Source of the DNA: Podarcis liolepis
Lineage: Eukaryota
Direction: 5' to 3' (one strand)
Length of the DNA: 64,000 bases
NCBI GenBank assembly: GCA_965112155.1
Contig: OZ218100.1
Shown piece after piece: positions 36,680 through 48,447 of the stretch. The notes beneath the pieces are model-generated. The model ran no database searches. It worked only from the letters and a program-made list of their open reading frames with translations, and was not told where the DNA came from. The translations under genes and the position numbers were made by a program. Positions within the stretch are counted from its first letter, which is position 1; every line of letters begins with the position of its first letter.

Positions 36680-36968
36680 CAGTGGTGCCTCGCAAGACGA
36701 AATTAATCCGTTCCGCAAGTCTCTTCGTCTTGCGGTTTTTTTGTCTTGCGAAGCACGGCTATTAGCGGCTTAGCGGCTATTAGCGGCTATTAACGGCTTA
36801 GCAGCTTTAAGAAAAAGGAAACAAACTCGCAAGAACTCGCAAGACGTTTCATCTTGCGAAGCAAGCCCATAGGGAAATTCGTCTTGCGGAACGACTCAAA
36901 AAACGGAAAACTCTTTCGCCTTGCGCGTTTTTCGTCTTGCGAGGCATTCGTCTTGCGAGGTACCACTG
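36680..36968. mobile_element. Tc1/mariner (Tigger-like) MITE, young
   Basis: TIR CAGTGGTGCCTCGCAAGACGAA ... TTCGTCTTGCGAGGTACCACTG; TA TSD; internal GTCTTGCG and GCGGCTATTA repeats. Confidence 0.92.
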
Positions 36969-39264
36969 TAGTAAAAGGCACATGTGCATTTACTCATTTC
37001 AAAACAGAAGTTGTCAAAATTGATGGAGAGAAATGGACAAACTGTGGTCTAGATTGACAGATGGCTGTCTACTAAACCATTTAGGTGGAAGATTGCTAGA
37101 AACATGAGATATAGGGAGAGAAGAACACTAGCGATAGGGGTCTTATTCACCAGTCTGGTAGACCCCCATAAAATGCTTTGAATCTGAGTAGGGATGTTGC
37201 TCACTACACAATCACCATCTGCTAAGCAGCTTTGGCAAAGACTACTAAGCTAACCTCCTTCCATGGGGTGAAGAAAACTAACATTTCCCCCCAATGGAGA
37301 ACAAAACACTTATCAAAATAACAATCCTCGGCCTTCTTCAGAATAAATAGGAATTGCTGAGAAACTGATTCAACTGAAATATTTCCATGAAACTTCCAAA
37401 CAACATGCCCTGAATTTAAAATTAGATAAAAATCCTTATCATTACTGTAGCTGTTTCCCAATCCCTGTCTTCTTCCTTAATTGATATTCAATGAAATACA
37501 GCTAAAGAGCAACAGACGCTGGAACATAAGGGAAAAATGAAATCTTCAAGATGTGGATGAACATGCTAAGCTGCCTAGTCCAACTGTTACTTTTACCTTT
37601 CCAGAAAATCTGTCAGGAGCACAGAGTGGAAAATACATTAAGCATCAATTTTCAAGAAATTAATTTTTATCTGTAAAATACAGATCATATCATGATGCTA
37701 CCATGATTCATACATACACATATTCTGAATAGTTTAAGCAAGGTTTTTATATATTAAAAAAAGACAACACTTCCATAACAGGTGCACTTCTTTTATTAAA
37801 AAAAAACCAAACCCTTGTGAATCAAATATTTTTTTCTTGTTTTAATTCATAATATTTAATCTGAATTACACATCCAACAGTATGAGCCAGTTCTTCCATT
37901 CACACTTGCAGAAAGGTATCAACTAATTGGAACAAGTACAAAGAATAAAGATGATCAGGGGCATGTAAAGTAATCCTATGAAGAAATAGCTCAGAATATA
38001 CTCTTGATCTTAGTCTCCTCCCTTAATTGTTGTATTGTTTTAACAAAATTGTTACTTTGTGCATTTCAGTAATGGATGCTGATATTTTAATGTTTAATTG
38101 ATTTTTATACATCATAAACTGCTTAGAAACCTATTTTGGCATTAAGTAATTAATGGAATGCACATTGTGATATTTCCTCTACAAAAGCACACAACTACCA
38201 TATAAGAATATCAATATTATATTTCAAAATAAATTTTCTGTAAGAAATGGCTGAATAGAAGTATATCTGGAAACAGATATATCCTTTGGCTTTCCATAAA
38301 GTTTTGCTCTTACAATAACTTGAAGTCTAGCAAACTCAGACCCAATATTTCTGTAATTAAATTTATTCAGCAACTCTATTACCTAGTTCCATAGCTTTCC
38401 CCAAAAGCAAGAAATCACTGGTGAAGAAAAACAAATTAAAACATGCTATACGTCTATTTCTACAAACAGAAAGCTCTTTTTTGTTGAGATCAGGAATTGA
38501 ATTCCATGTAACAAAGAGAGTTTTTAATTGCAATGCTCTGAATAGAGTATAATGCCAAACTTCATGATTAAATTCAGAAGTGCAAGATTATGGCAGATAA
38601 CCAGGTTTTTGTTTTCTCATCTGCTGAAATCATGTTACATGGTTACTTATCTCTTAAAACGATACAGAAAACTTGAGACGTTCTTGCAAAAAAGTCAGCA
38701 GGTTTCTAGACTTCAAAGTAATCTTTTGTTAATTAAAGACAGCATATAGCAAGTGATACAAAATATCTTAGCAGAAAGAATCTTTTACAAGATTACGATT
38801 ATTATAACAAAGGATGCCAGAGGCTGTATGACCACCTAACAAAAGCAAAAAGGCAGCTATTAAAAGTCATACTGACTTTCTTTTCTTAAGGTATGATTTC
38901 TGCTTGTCTAAATTCAGGCTAACTGAGAAAATTCACTAGCCTCACAAAACACTTGATATATTTACATTTATTATCTGTATACTAGTTAAGTATGTTAGCA
39001 CATAATCCAAGGTACTCTTTTAGGTCCTCTTTATGCACACCTGTAGCCATGTAGTGCCTTGTGAGTTGTAGCAATCATGTATGTGGGAAAATTAGAAAAG
39101 ACACATGATCCGGCCCTGTGCATGTGATTGCACAGATCAGACCATGTTACATCACTGCTGGTTGTGGGTGTCTGCGAAGCAGCTATGTGGTGCTACACCT
39201 ATGCAACATTGGGTTTGGCACACCTTAGCTGCACTGGTTCAAGGGCTCCTACACACCTACACCT

Positions 39265-39290
39265 ACACACACACACACACACACACACAC
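39265..39290. repeat. (CA)n microsatellite
   Basis: Direct reading. Confidence 0.95.
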
Positions 39291-39626
39291 TTAAACTCCT
39301 TAAGTTTTTGTGTTATGCAGCAGATCACAGGATTCCCTTTCAAACAAGCCTCTCTATTGCAGAGCTTAGAAGCTTTTGCCTTTAAAAATCTGCAAGCTGG
39401 CATCATTAAAAACAAGACAAAGACAAAGCAGGACCTTTCTGTAGCATAAAGATCATGGAGATATTATTTAGGTTTCCAACAGCAACTCAAAGAATAACAT
39501 TTTGACAAGCCTAACACGGTATTTAACTATGTGCTACTCAGAGTAGACCTATCAAACTTAATGAACATCACTATGCTAAGGCCATTAATTTCAGTGGGGC
39601 TACTCTGAGTAAAATTTAGTTGAATA

Positions 39627-39873
39627 CAGTCGTACCTCTAGTTGCAAACAGGATCTGTTCTGGGGTGCCGTTTGCACCCCAAAAAGTCCGCAACTAGAGC
39701 AGCGCTTCTGTGCAAGCGCAGAGTGCGTGCGATAGAGCGCTTCTGCGCATGTGTGAAGCATGCAGAACGCTTCTGCGCGTGCGACGAAACCCGGAAGTAT
39801 ACACTTACAGGTTTGCTGTGTTCACAAGCCGAAAAGACGCAACATGAACCTAACACAACACAAGGTATGACTG
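39627..39873. mobile_element. Tc1/mariner (Tigger-like) MITE
   Basis: TIR CAGTCGTACCT ... AGGTATGACTG; TA TSD; internal GCGCTTCTGCGCATG-like repeats. Confidence 0.85.
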
Positions 39874-40621
39874 TACTATCCCTAGTGTGTTGCTCACCCT
39901 CCCCCACCCCGAAGGAGGAGGCTACTTATTAAAGAACTGGGTAGTTTTTGGAAAGACATTTGGGCAGATTCAGTTCCTTCAAGAATTTTATATGTGCAAA
40001 GGCTGCATATATGTCCATGGTCTGAATATTTCATTTATACATTGTCTTTCATATAAAACCAAGCAGTTTACTATTTTATTTCTCTGAAAACCACAAATCA
40101 CATTTCTTCCTCTTTATCTCAATAAAGAAACAATTTCACTAGAATTCCAGACTGGTGTAAGTCCAGAACTAAAAAGCCAGCTGGCACTTAGTAATTTCTG
40201 CTGGCACACTGATAAGCAAAGCAGATGGATCTGTATGGAACCGATTCCAAGTGGCCGGATGGGGGGGCAGCATCCAGGCTAGAAAAAGAAAGAAAGAAAA
40301 AGGTAGAACAGCATATAGGAGCTGTCATTGTTCTGGCAGATGTGCGGAAGCAGGTAAAGAATGAAAACCTACTGGCAAGCATTTGTATGTCTGAAATGAT
40401 CAGCTTCGCTAAATTCAGGTTGACTTCTTGGCCTAACTGTTCATGAGACTCAGGAGAAAGAAATTAGAAGCAGAAGCTATCTTTCATACAGCAGTCATTC
40501 TAGCACAAGATCTCAGTGGAATTTCAAAGCTTGTTTTGCTCACCAGAGACATTGCTAACAAGACCCGGGGTGCCAAGTCTACATGAAATAAATTTGCAAA
40601 TGCTAATTCAGACCATCTTTC

Positions 40622-40984
40622 AGGTAAAGGTAAAGGTACCCCTGACCATTAGGTCCAGTTGTGGACTACTGTGGGGTTGTGGCGCTCATCTTGCTTTACT
40701 GGCTGAGGGAGCTGGCATTTGTCTGCAGACAGCTTCTGGGTCATGTGGCCAGCATGACTAAGTCACTTCTGGCAAACCAGAGCAGCGCACGGAAATGCCG
40801 TTTACCTTGCTGCCAGAGAGGTACCTATTTATCTACTTGCACTTTGCTGTGCTTTTGAACTGCTAGGTGGGCAGGAGCTGGGACCGAACAACGGGAGCTA
40901 ACTCCGTCACAGGGATTCAAACCGCCAACCTTCTGATCAGCAAGCCCTAGGCTCAGTGGTTTGGACCACAGCGCCACCCATGTA
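40622..40984 (-). mobile_element. Sauria SINE (Squam1), essentially full length
   Basis: (ACCTTT)n tail at 40622-40640; hallmark TCATGTGGCCAGCATGAC; tRNA-like head near 40980; 9-bp TSD TTTCAGGTA at 40618-40626 and 40985-40993. Confidence 0.93.
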
Positions 40985-42814
40985 TTTCAGGTAGAAAGAA
41001 GCAAATACTGGCTCTTGCCCAACCTTCAAATACCACCTGGGGACATAATGGAATAGCTCAGAAAACTCACTTCACATCTTATTTCATGTTCCAAGATGAC
41101 CACCAAAAGATGATGGTCTCACATATTGCCTGAAGGAAAGAAAAAGTGCACATATGCAGTTGTACGACTGATGTGAAACCGTTTACCTTGACATCTGACT
41201 TAGGCTGGAATTATCCAACCTGCCTCTCTTGACTTTAAACCTAGCTAGAGCCAGCAGCTAAAGGTATGGTGGTGGTGAGGAAAGAAGTAGATTGTAGCAG
41301 AACATAAATGCACATGCCGGTAGTCTTCAGGACCTTCATAACCTCTCATCTGTCAAAGTCTACACCTATCAGTACTCTGCTAAAATATATTTAAATTCTT
41401 CTCTGTTTTATCATTTGAATTGATATGACCTGTCAGCAGCTTGTGTTCTGTTCCTAATGGGACTGTTGTTGCATAGAATCTGCCTAGCTACAAGCATCTC
41501 GACTGCATCGTATCCTACTGATCCATATGACGGGCTGGAAATTAATTATGACATTTGAAAGTGACATTTAGAATCTATCAACAATGCATGCTATGGAAGA
41601 ATAGACCAGCTGGCAACACAACTAGATTCTGCAGCTATCTGTATCATAACAGGACTTCAAAATACAATTCTCACTTAGATCCTGATGAAGGTTCTATTTT
41701 TGTATCACCGTCTAAATAAGGCAAGCATCAGCCATTGAGCCACACAAGAAGGCATCTGACTTGGAACAGGACCCATTTCTGCAGATAAAACCCCCTTATA
41801 TCATCTGCAAAAAGGAGTTATCACAAGGACTGTTCCATGTCAAGCTTAGTTTTAAAAAGATGCTAGAGAGAAACACCGCGGCAGCTTTTGGACTGTTGCT
41901 AAAAAACAGCCAGCATGGACTATAAAGCAGGTTCATGAACTTTATCAATAATACAGTTCAGTGTAGTTTTGGAAATGGAAACCCTTTTACTTTTTTTTAC
42001 TGAGTCAGGAATTCCAACAGATGTACTGCCAGAGCAGATTAACTGAAATATGTTTGGTTTAACGGAATTTAGCTGATTTTGCCAATTTTGTCCATGTGTG
42101 TGTGTGTGTGTGTACCTAAGAGGTTTACATAAAAACAATAAAAATGCAACAACATTTAATAAAATTTACCGGGAAAAAAACTTTTAAAAAATGAAACAAA
42201 ATGTTACAAATAAAACAGAGGAGCAAACAAACAAAACCATTAGAGTCAAGCGTTCAGGAAAACTTGAGTAGGCAAGTAGGTTTTTAAGAGATGCTTATTC
42301 TTCTTCCATCATTACATTCCCAAAGGCAACAGGAAATTAGTTGTTCACAGAACAGTTTACATGTAAATGGCGTAACTCAACTATATATATCAATTCTGCA
42401 AACTAACTGACTTTGATGTACATGTGAGAACCAAGAATGCAGCCAGGACTCTGCCACATGGCTAAGAAGAAATTCACCTTTTTGGTTACAAGAGTTCCTG
42501 CTGTTTCCAAAATAGCTCTTTGTATCACTATCACAATCTTTCAGATGTAACATCTCCTCATCTCTGTTCAAACATAGAGCCCCCCCAGGCTTATCACAGA
42601 GTGCTGTCCATTTGAGACTAAAACTGTCAAGCATTATTCAATAGATTCCAGTGAAAGCTACTGCTTACACACTGGCCACCTTTTTGGCCCAAATGTATTC
42701 AAGTGAAGAGAAAGTGGCAGCCAATGGCAGATTCCTTTTTCAAATCACATCACACAGGAAGACACTCCTCTAGAATTTTCTGCAACAGAATTGTTAGGTT
42801 GGTCCTGCTCAGAA

Positions 42815-43278
42815 CAATTTAAGAAGGATATTGACAAGCCCAAACATGATGATCAAGGGTCTAGAAACCAAACCTTATGAGGAAAGGTTGAGAGAGTTGA
42901 ATATGTTTAGCCTGGAAAAGAGGAGACTGAGAGGAGATATGATGGCCTTCTTCAAATATCTAAAGGGCTGTCACATGGAAGATGGAGCAAGTTTGTCTTC
43001 TCCTGTTCCGGAGGGTAGGACTTGAACCAACAGATTCAAGTTAAGAAAGGAAATTCTGACTAAATATCAGAAAGAGCTTTCTGACAATAAGAGCTTGCAG
43101 CAGAACATAATTCCTCGGAAGGTGGTGGACTCTCCTTCGTTGGATATTTTTAAGTAGAGGTTGGGTGGTCATCTGTCATGGATGCTTTAGTTGAGATTCT
43201 TGCATAGCAGGATGCAAGCATAGCAGCATATATGACCCTCGGGATCCCTTCCAACTCTACAGTTCGGTGATTCTATGA
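42815..43278 (+). mobile_element. CR1 LINE 3' fragment
   Basis: Translates as MIKGLETKPYEERLRELNMFSLEKRRLRGDM..FKYLKG (CR1 ORF2 C-terminus); 3' end CCCTTCCAACTCT...GATTCTATGA. Confidence 0.93.
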
Positions 43279-44379
43279 AATGACTTGGACAGAAAGCCAT
43301 AAATAGTTTTGTGGGTATTTTCTTTTTCAAAATCTATTTCGATTAACAGCAAAAGGGTCAGGCACAGGCCTTTCTTTTCTGTCTTTCAGCTTGCAAAATG
43401 TAGAGATAAGCAGGCATGACTGAAGCAATCGCGATTTATCATCCACAAGTGTACTAAGATTACATCCCCGTAGAAATCCAAATTAGCCCAAGACAAATGG
43501 AGATAATCACATTGAGCGCTCCCCAGTGACAGCCTGTTAACAAATATCATTTGTAATGCCTGTTTCAGCTTCATGCCACTGGAAAGCCCGTTGGATTCCC
43601 TGAGTCATGCTGATAGCATCTTTTCAACCACTTTCCTTGAATTTTCTCCTTTAGAGAATGGTGAGAGAATAAGATAAAGGATGTGCTTAAATATGGTAAT
43701 GTATTATACTTTCAACTTGGATTTCCAAGGTGTTCCTTCTCTTCTCTAATCTTTGGGGTTTTTTTATTTTAAGCATTCAATCAGCTTGTCTACGATGCTG
43801 AACAAGGGATGCAAATCACACAGCAGCTGTGTTGTTGAAACAAAACAAATGCGTGCACATTTAAACCAACACATTCTAGATATTCTTTGTAGAAAAAGGA
43901 ACAGTAGACAGGAGCTAGAAATGCACTGCATACAAGACTAAACAAAACCGTGCCATTTCTCCTGACAGAAGTAAGAGGTAGCAGCTGCTACAACTAGCAG
44001 CTTATCCCATTCTACCAGTAGGGTCCAACATCTTACTGAGGTTTTCCTCAAAGATCATTCCAGACCACAGGTGCTCTTTTCATGTATAACTAGTTTGTGC
44101 AACACGGCTCTGCTAACTTGAGATTCCTAGCCATTCTCTCCAAGCATGTACTTTTGTAAGCAACTATTATCATGTGAGGTGAGAGAATACAGAGCACAGA
44201 CATTTCCACTTAGGAATTTTTTCCATACTATAATTATGCAGAAGCGGAGGACTGTGAACAAGCAGGGGTTACAGCAAAGCAAACTGGAGACACTATGAAC
44301 TGGGAGGTTATCTCCTGTGCACGACAGTTTACAGCTAGTCCTAGATGGAGTGGCACTCCATTTTAAAGACCAGTCCCAC

Positions 44380-44635
44380 AAGCTCGGGGGACAGTGGGGA
44401 GGCGGAGTGCGCCTTCCCGTTGCTCCCTGACCTGCTCTTTGGACTGGCGGTGGGGGAAAGCAGCGCTCCCCCCCCCCCGCCAGCCCCAAAGAGCAGGTCG
44501 AAAGGAACCCAAAGGCTCTTCGGGTGAACGCACCTTGAACGCACAGAACGCACCTTGTGTTTTTTTCCTGTTCTCCCCCTCCTATGGTCCAGTGCGTCCT
44601 ATGGTCCGGTGCGTCCAATAGAGCAAAAAATACGG
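44380..44635. mobile_element. Partial GC/CpG-rich DNA-transposon remnant (Tc1/mariner-type right end)
   Basis: Ends ...GGTGCGTCC...AAAAATACGG|TA with a tandem ATGGTCC(A/G)GTGCGTCC repeat. Left TIR not found; left border approximate. Confidence 0.55.
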
Positions 44636-46489
44636 TAGCTCCTAGCTTTCAAATCTCAGTTTCTAACACTGTGCAGGTCAAAACTATTGAATCTAGTTAA
44701 TTTTTTTTCTTACATACTTCACAGCCAGCAGAATACTTTTGGACTAAATGCACAACTGTAGTTCAATAGATTCCATTTCTCAGCATGGAACCAGCAACGT
44801 TTATGTATAAATATATTCTTTAAGATTTTCATTGCATAGGACTCCTCGCAATTCTTCAGAAGAGCATTTGAAAGACAGACATTTTCCAAAGCCAAGTGCG
44901 TATGAACTGTGAATGGCTTCAAATAGTTAAAAACCATAAAGAATAAATGGGTATAGCTACCAGCGCTAGCAAACAGTCTTGATTTTATTTTCTCCCTTGG
45001 AAACAAGGCAGCCTAGCTTAACCATGCTGCCTCTTGCCTATCTTTTATTTCATTATTCTGAATTGATATAAATTTCACATCTCAGCATCAACATAAATCC
45101 AGGGCTAAAACTGTTACTCATATTAAATGGTTCCCTTTTGCTTAACAGGCCATTAATTGAACATATGATTAATACATAAAACAAGTAATCTTCTCAGCAG
45201 AAATTAACCACCAGCGAGGGATGACCCATATTTCTCATCAACATATTGATCCAATGAATCATAGGAAAAACAAAGCCTGAGCAATAACATGTTATTCTCT
45301 GTATAAGATTAGGGAAACATGTAGGAAGGTCTGCTGATTTATCTTTTAATTTGTTTATTTTACATGCTAACCAGATGTCTTCTGGGATTTAATTCAAACA
45401 CTTAAAGCATTGCTTCCTAAGCTATGTCTGGAACCAGGACAGTATAGAAACACATCTCCAACCTTAGTCTACAAAACCAATGCGCCAATAAGCTGGGATA
45501 ACTAATGAATCACCACAGATACTGGGGCCCTGCAGCAAAAAAGCAATGGTATATATGAATGCACTGATGATGGAGAATCAATATTTACTGAAAACAAAAG
45601 AGCCTGCAAATTTTACATATATAGGTCTGAAACCGACCTCTGCTGCATTTTTATTAAATGGGAAATTGCAGCAAGGTTAAAATTAAAACCTTATGCAAGC
45701 AGGAACAAGCATAAAAGCTAGCTATTATCTTGTATTTTACATTGTTTCTATGGTTATTGATTAGCCATCTTGCCTCAAAGGGAAGCTGTCATTGGCAACC
45801 TCTCCCCCTCTATGTGGCCCAATTGAACATACCTCCATATCACCCAAAAACGTATGATTTAAAAAAAAAACCCAAATCAGGTTAAATGCAATCATAATTT
45901 TTATGAGTTATTGGATTAACCTAGCTTGAGTTATTTTTACTAATATATTTCAGACACTTTTGAGAAGAAAGGACAGAAGCAGTATGCACTCTGACAAATA
46001 TATATTTACTGACCTAATATATTTGTTCAGAACTTTACACCTGAACTCTAAAATCAGAATATTCCAATGTCAAGTTTAACCTGCTTTGTTTGATTCCACA
46101 TGTTCCATATATCAGTGATTGTCCTGAAACTTGTAATCAGCAGGATGGGTTCAATCTCATTTCTAGGATGGCTCTTCAGACTTTCTTTTCCAGCCTCCTC
46201 TTTAGCTACAGTTGGAACTTGTGATGATATTATTGTGTCTGGCTGAAACCAACTAGAGCTGCATGTTGCATAAATAAGTTTTATGGAGACCACTTTACAG
46301 CAGGAAGAGTATAATCATCTGAAACACTGGTGTGATGTTTTCTTCCCTCTTTGACTTGTTTAGTTCCTTGATAAAAGTACAAGAGGTCACAGGGCTGTGA
46401 AAGCAGGCAGATGCAAGCAGGCACATAGTTTTACTGCTAAAGGAAAAAATCTGTAATGATATGGTGTGTTATTATTGTCATCTTCCTAC

Positions 46490-46642
46490 CTCTTAGTACC
46501 GACTTCAGGTTCAGCTTGGCTTGGCGGTGCAGATCCTCTACACAGGGTGGCCTTGAGGTGGGTAGAAACACATTCTCTTGTTGATGCCAGGGTGCAGTGT
46601 AATGGACTGTCCATCTGCTCTCTTCATCTAGATTGGAGACAG
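46490..46642 (-). CDS. NHSL1: NHSL1 shared coding exon 2 (153 nt, phase 1-1), C-terminal half of the WAVE-homology domain: VSNLDEESRWTVHYTAPWHQQENVFLPTSRPPCVEDLHRQAKLNLKSVLR
   Basis: tttaCAG acceptor; GAG|GTAGGA donor; near-identical to the recalled vertebrate NHSL1 sequence. Confidence 0.97.
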
Positions 46643-47199
46643 CTGTAAATAAGAGAGAGTCAAATTAAAAAGGAATGCTGCTATTAACCTGAAGTTATGC
46701 TCTACAACAGGAGTGGGGGAGAATTTTGCTCTGCCGGATCAGATATCAGCCCCCTCCCCATGGCCTATGTTTAGCTGATGGGTAGGATAACACACCTGTC
46801 AATCATATGATGTCATAATGAGGAGAGGTGATTGACAGGTGGGCTCTCCTACCCCGCCTGTCAAAGGTTGTCTGTTGTTGGGGGGATGGGGAGAAGAATA
46901 AGTGACTTCAAAGCACCACACAAGGATTGCAAATAGCGCTGCTCATCAACAGGCTTTGATTCCTCATTCAGCTATGGGGAGAAACTTTAGTGCTTTATTT
47001 TTCTGCAGAAAATTTTACATTACGTAAGTTCATTAGTAACAATGAATGGGTGTCAATTGCAGATTCATTATTAGGCAGTTTCCAAGTTTTTAGCTTTGTT
47101 TCTCACATACAAGAAAAATAAACATGAAAATTAAGATCACTCTCTGAAGCATCAGGAAAAAATCATGGTGCAACTTTTTGCATGTGAAAGTTTTCCAGA

Positions 47200-47465
47200 A
47201 ACAATTCCATTTCTAATTTTCTCTGAAAGCTTGTATCACTGGATAAAAGACACTGGACCATACTGAAAGCTCTACAAAATACAAAGATCTCAGCATGACA
47301 CATAGTAGGACTCCCAATGCTAAATGCATAGGAGGGAGGATCACATGGAAGACAGTGGTCCTTCAGATATCCTGGTCCCAATCCATTTAGGGATGTGTAG
47401 ATGAGAACCAGAACTCTGAACTGTATTATAATCAGAAACAAACTAGAAGCCAGTGCAGATGGAAG
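47200..47465 (-). mobile_element. L2 LINE ORF2 3' fragment
   Basis: Minus-strand translation LHWL...IQFRVLVLIYTSLNGLGPGYLKD resembles the L2 C-terminal motif LHWLP..RI.FK.L.L.YKALNGLGP.YL. Confidence 0.75.
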
Positions 47466-47543
47466 AGAAGTAGAATGAAATGACCTGTAAAGTAATAAAT
47501 CAGTATTATAATTGCTTTTTGTACCAACTGAAGTTTCTGAATA

Positions 47544-47768
47544 TAGTGGTACCTTGGGTTACAGATGCTTCAGGTTACAGACTCTGCTAACCCAGAAATA
47601 TTATCTCAGGTTAAGAACTTTGCTTCAGGATGAGAACAGAAATCGTGCTCTAATGGCGCAGCGGCAGCGGGAGGCTCCATTAGCTAAAGTGGTGCCTCAG
47701 GTTAAGAACAGTTTCAGGTTAAGAACGGACCTTCGGAACGAATTAAGTTCTTAACCGAGGTACCACTG
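47544..47768. mobile_element. Tc1/mariner (Tigger-like) MITE, same family as 55990-56235
   Basis: TIR TAGTGGTACCTTGGGTTA ... TTAACCGAGGTACCACTG; TA TSD. Confidence 0.9.
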
Positions 47769-48366
47769 TAATTTCCAAAGCCCATGTAGACTTTGTTAAC
47801 AGTGATCCAATTTGGATAGCAACAGCATAGCGATGACACCTCAGTTCAGGGCAGCCCAACTTTTCATACCAAGCAGGTCACAAGAGTACTACAACAGGGC
47901 ACCCATGGACCATATACTGCCTTGTATCATGGGGGTGGGGGAGGCCAAAATTTGATGCCCAGTTCCACTCATTGCACTGCCTTCCCAAAGCAAGTTAAAA
48001 GGTGCCAGGCTCTGGGAAGGAGGTGCATGGCTCTCCTGCCCACCAGTGGAGAAGCAGCAGTGGCAGCTTCTGGCGCGATCTTGCCCACACCTCACAGTAT
48101 CTTGCTGTGCCACGTGACCCAAGGAAGGGTTGCTTTGGTGGAAGCAGGGTAGGGTTACACTTCCCCGTTTCACCTCAGGTGGCGCAATAGGAAAGATCAC
48201 CCCAGATAATTACTATAGGTTTTGTTTCTTATTTGTATAATGGGTTCTTACTTGTGGCCTGCTTGTACAAAAAAGGTCTGTAGTGGGTAACTTGTATGAT
48301 AAAGGTATGAGGAAAGACTTAGAAGAGAAACGAAAAGGATGCTGCTAATATTGTAATTTAAGGAGA

Positions 48367-48447
48367 AAATTAATTAACTGGGGCATTTTGAGTACCACAC
48401 TGAGAAAAGTGCAGTGTGGTACTCAAAATGCCCCAGTTAATTAATTT
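48367..48447. repeat. Perfect inverted repeat: 36-bp arms, 9-nt spacer
   Basis: AAATTAATTAACTGGGGCATTTTGAGTACCACACTG (48367-48402), spacer AGAAAAGTG, exact reverse complement at 48412-48447. Confidence 0.97.

Noticed and set aside
36700-36960. Spaced GTCTTGCG repeats resembling a CRISPR-like or iteron array
   Set aside because: Irregular subterminal repeats inside a TA-flanked MITE in a vertebrate intron.
44340-44640. CpG-rich patch as a promoter CpG island
   Set aside because: Short, and ends in a transposon-type terminus (AAAATACGG|TA); better explained as a repeat remnant.
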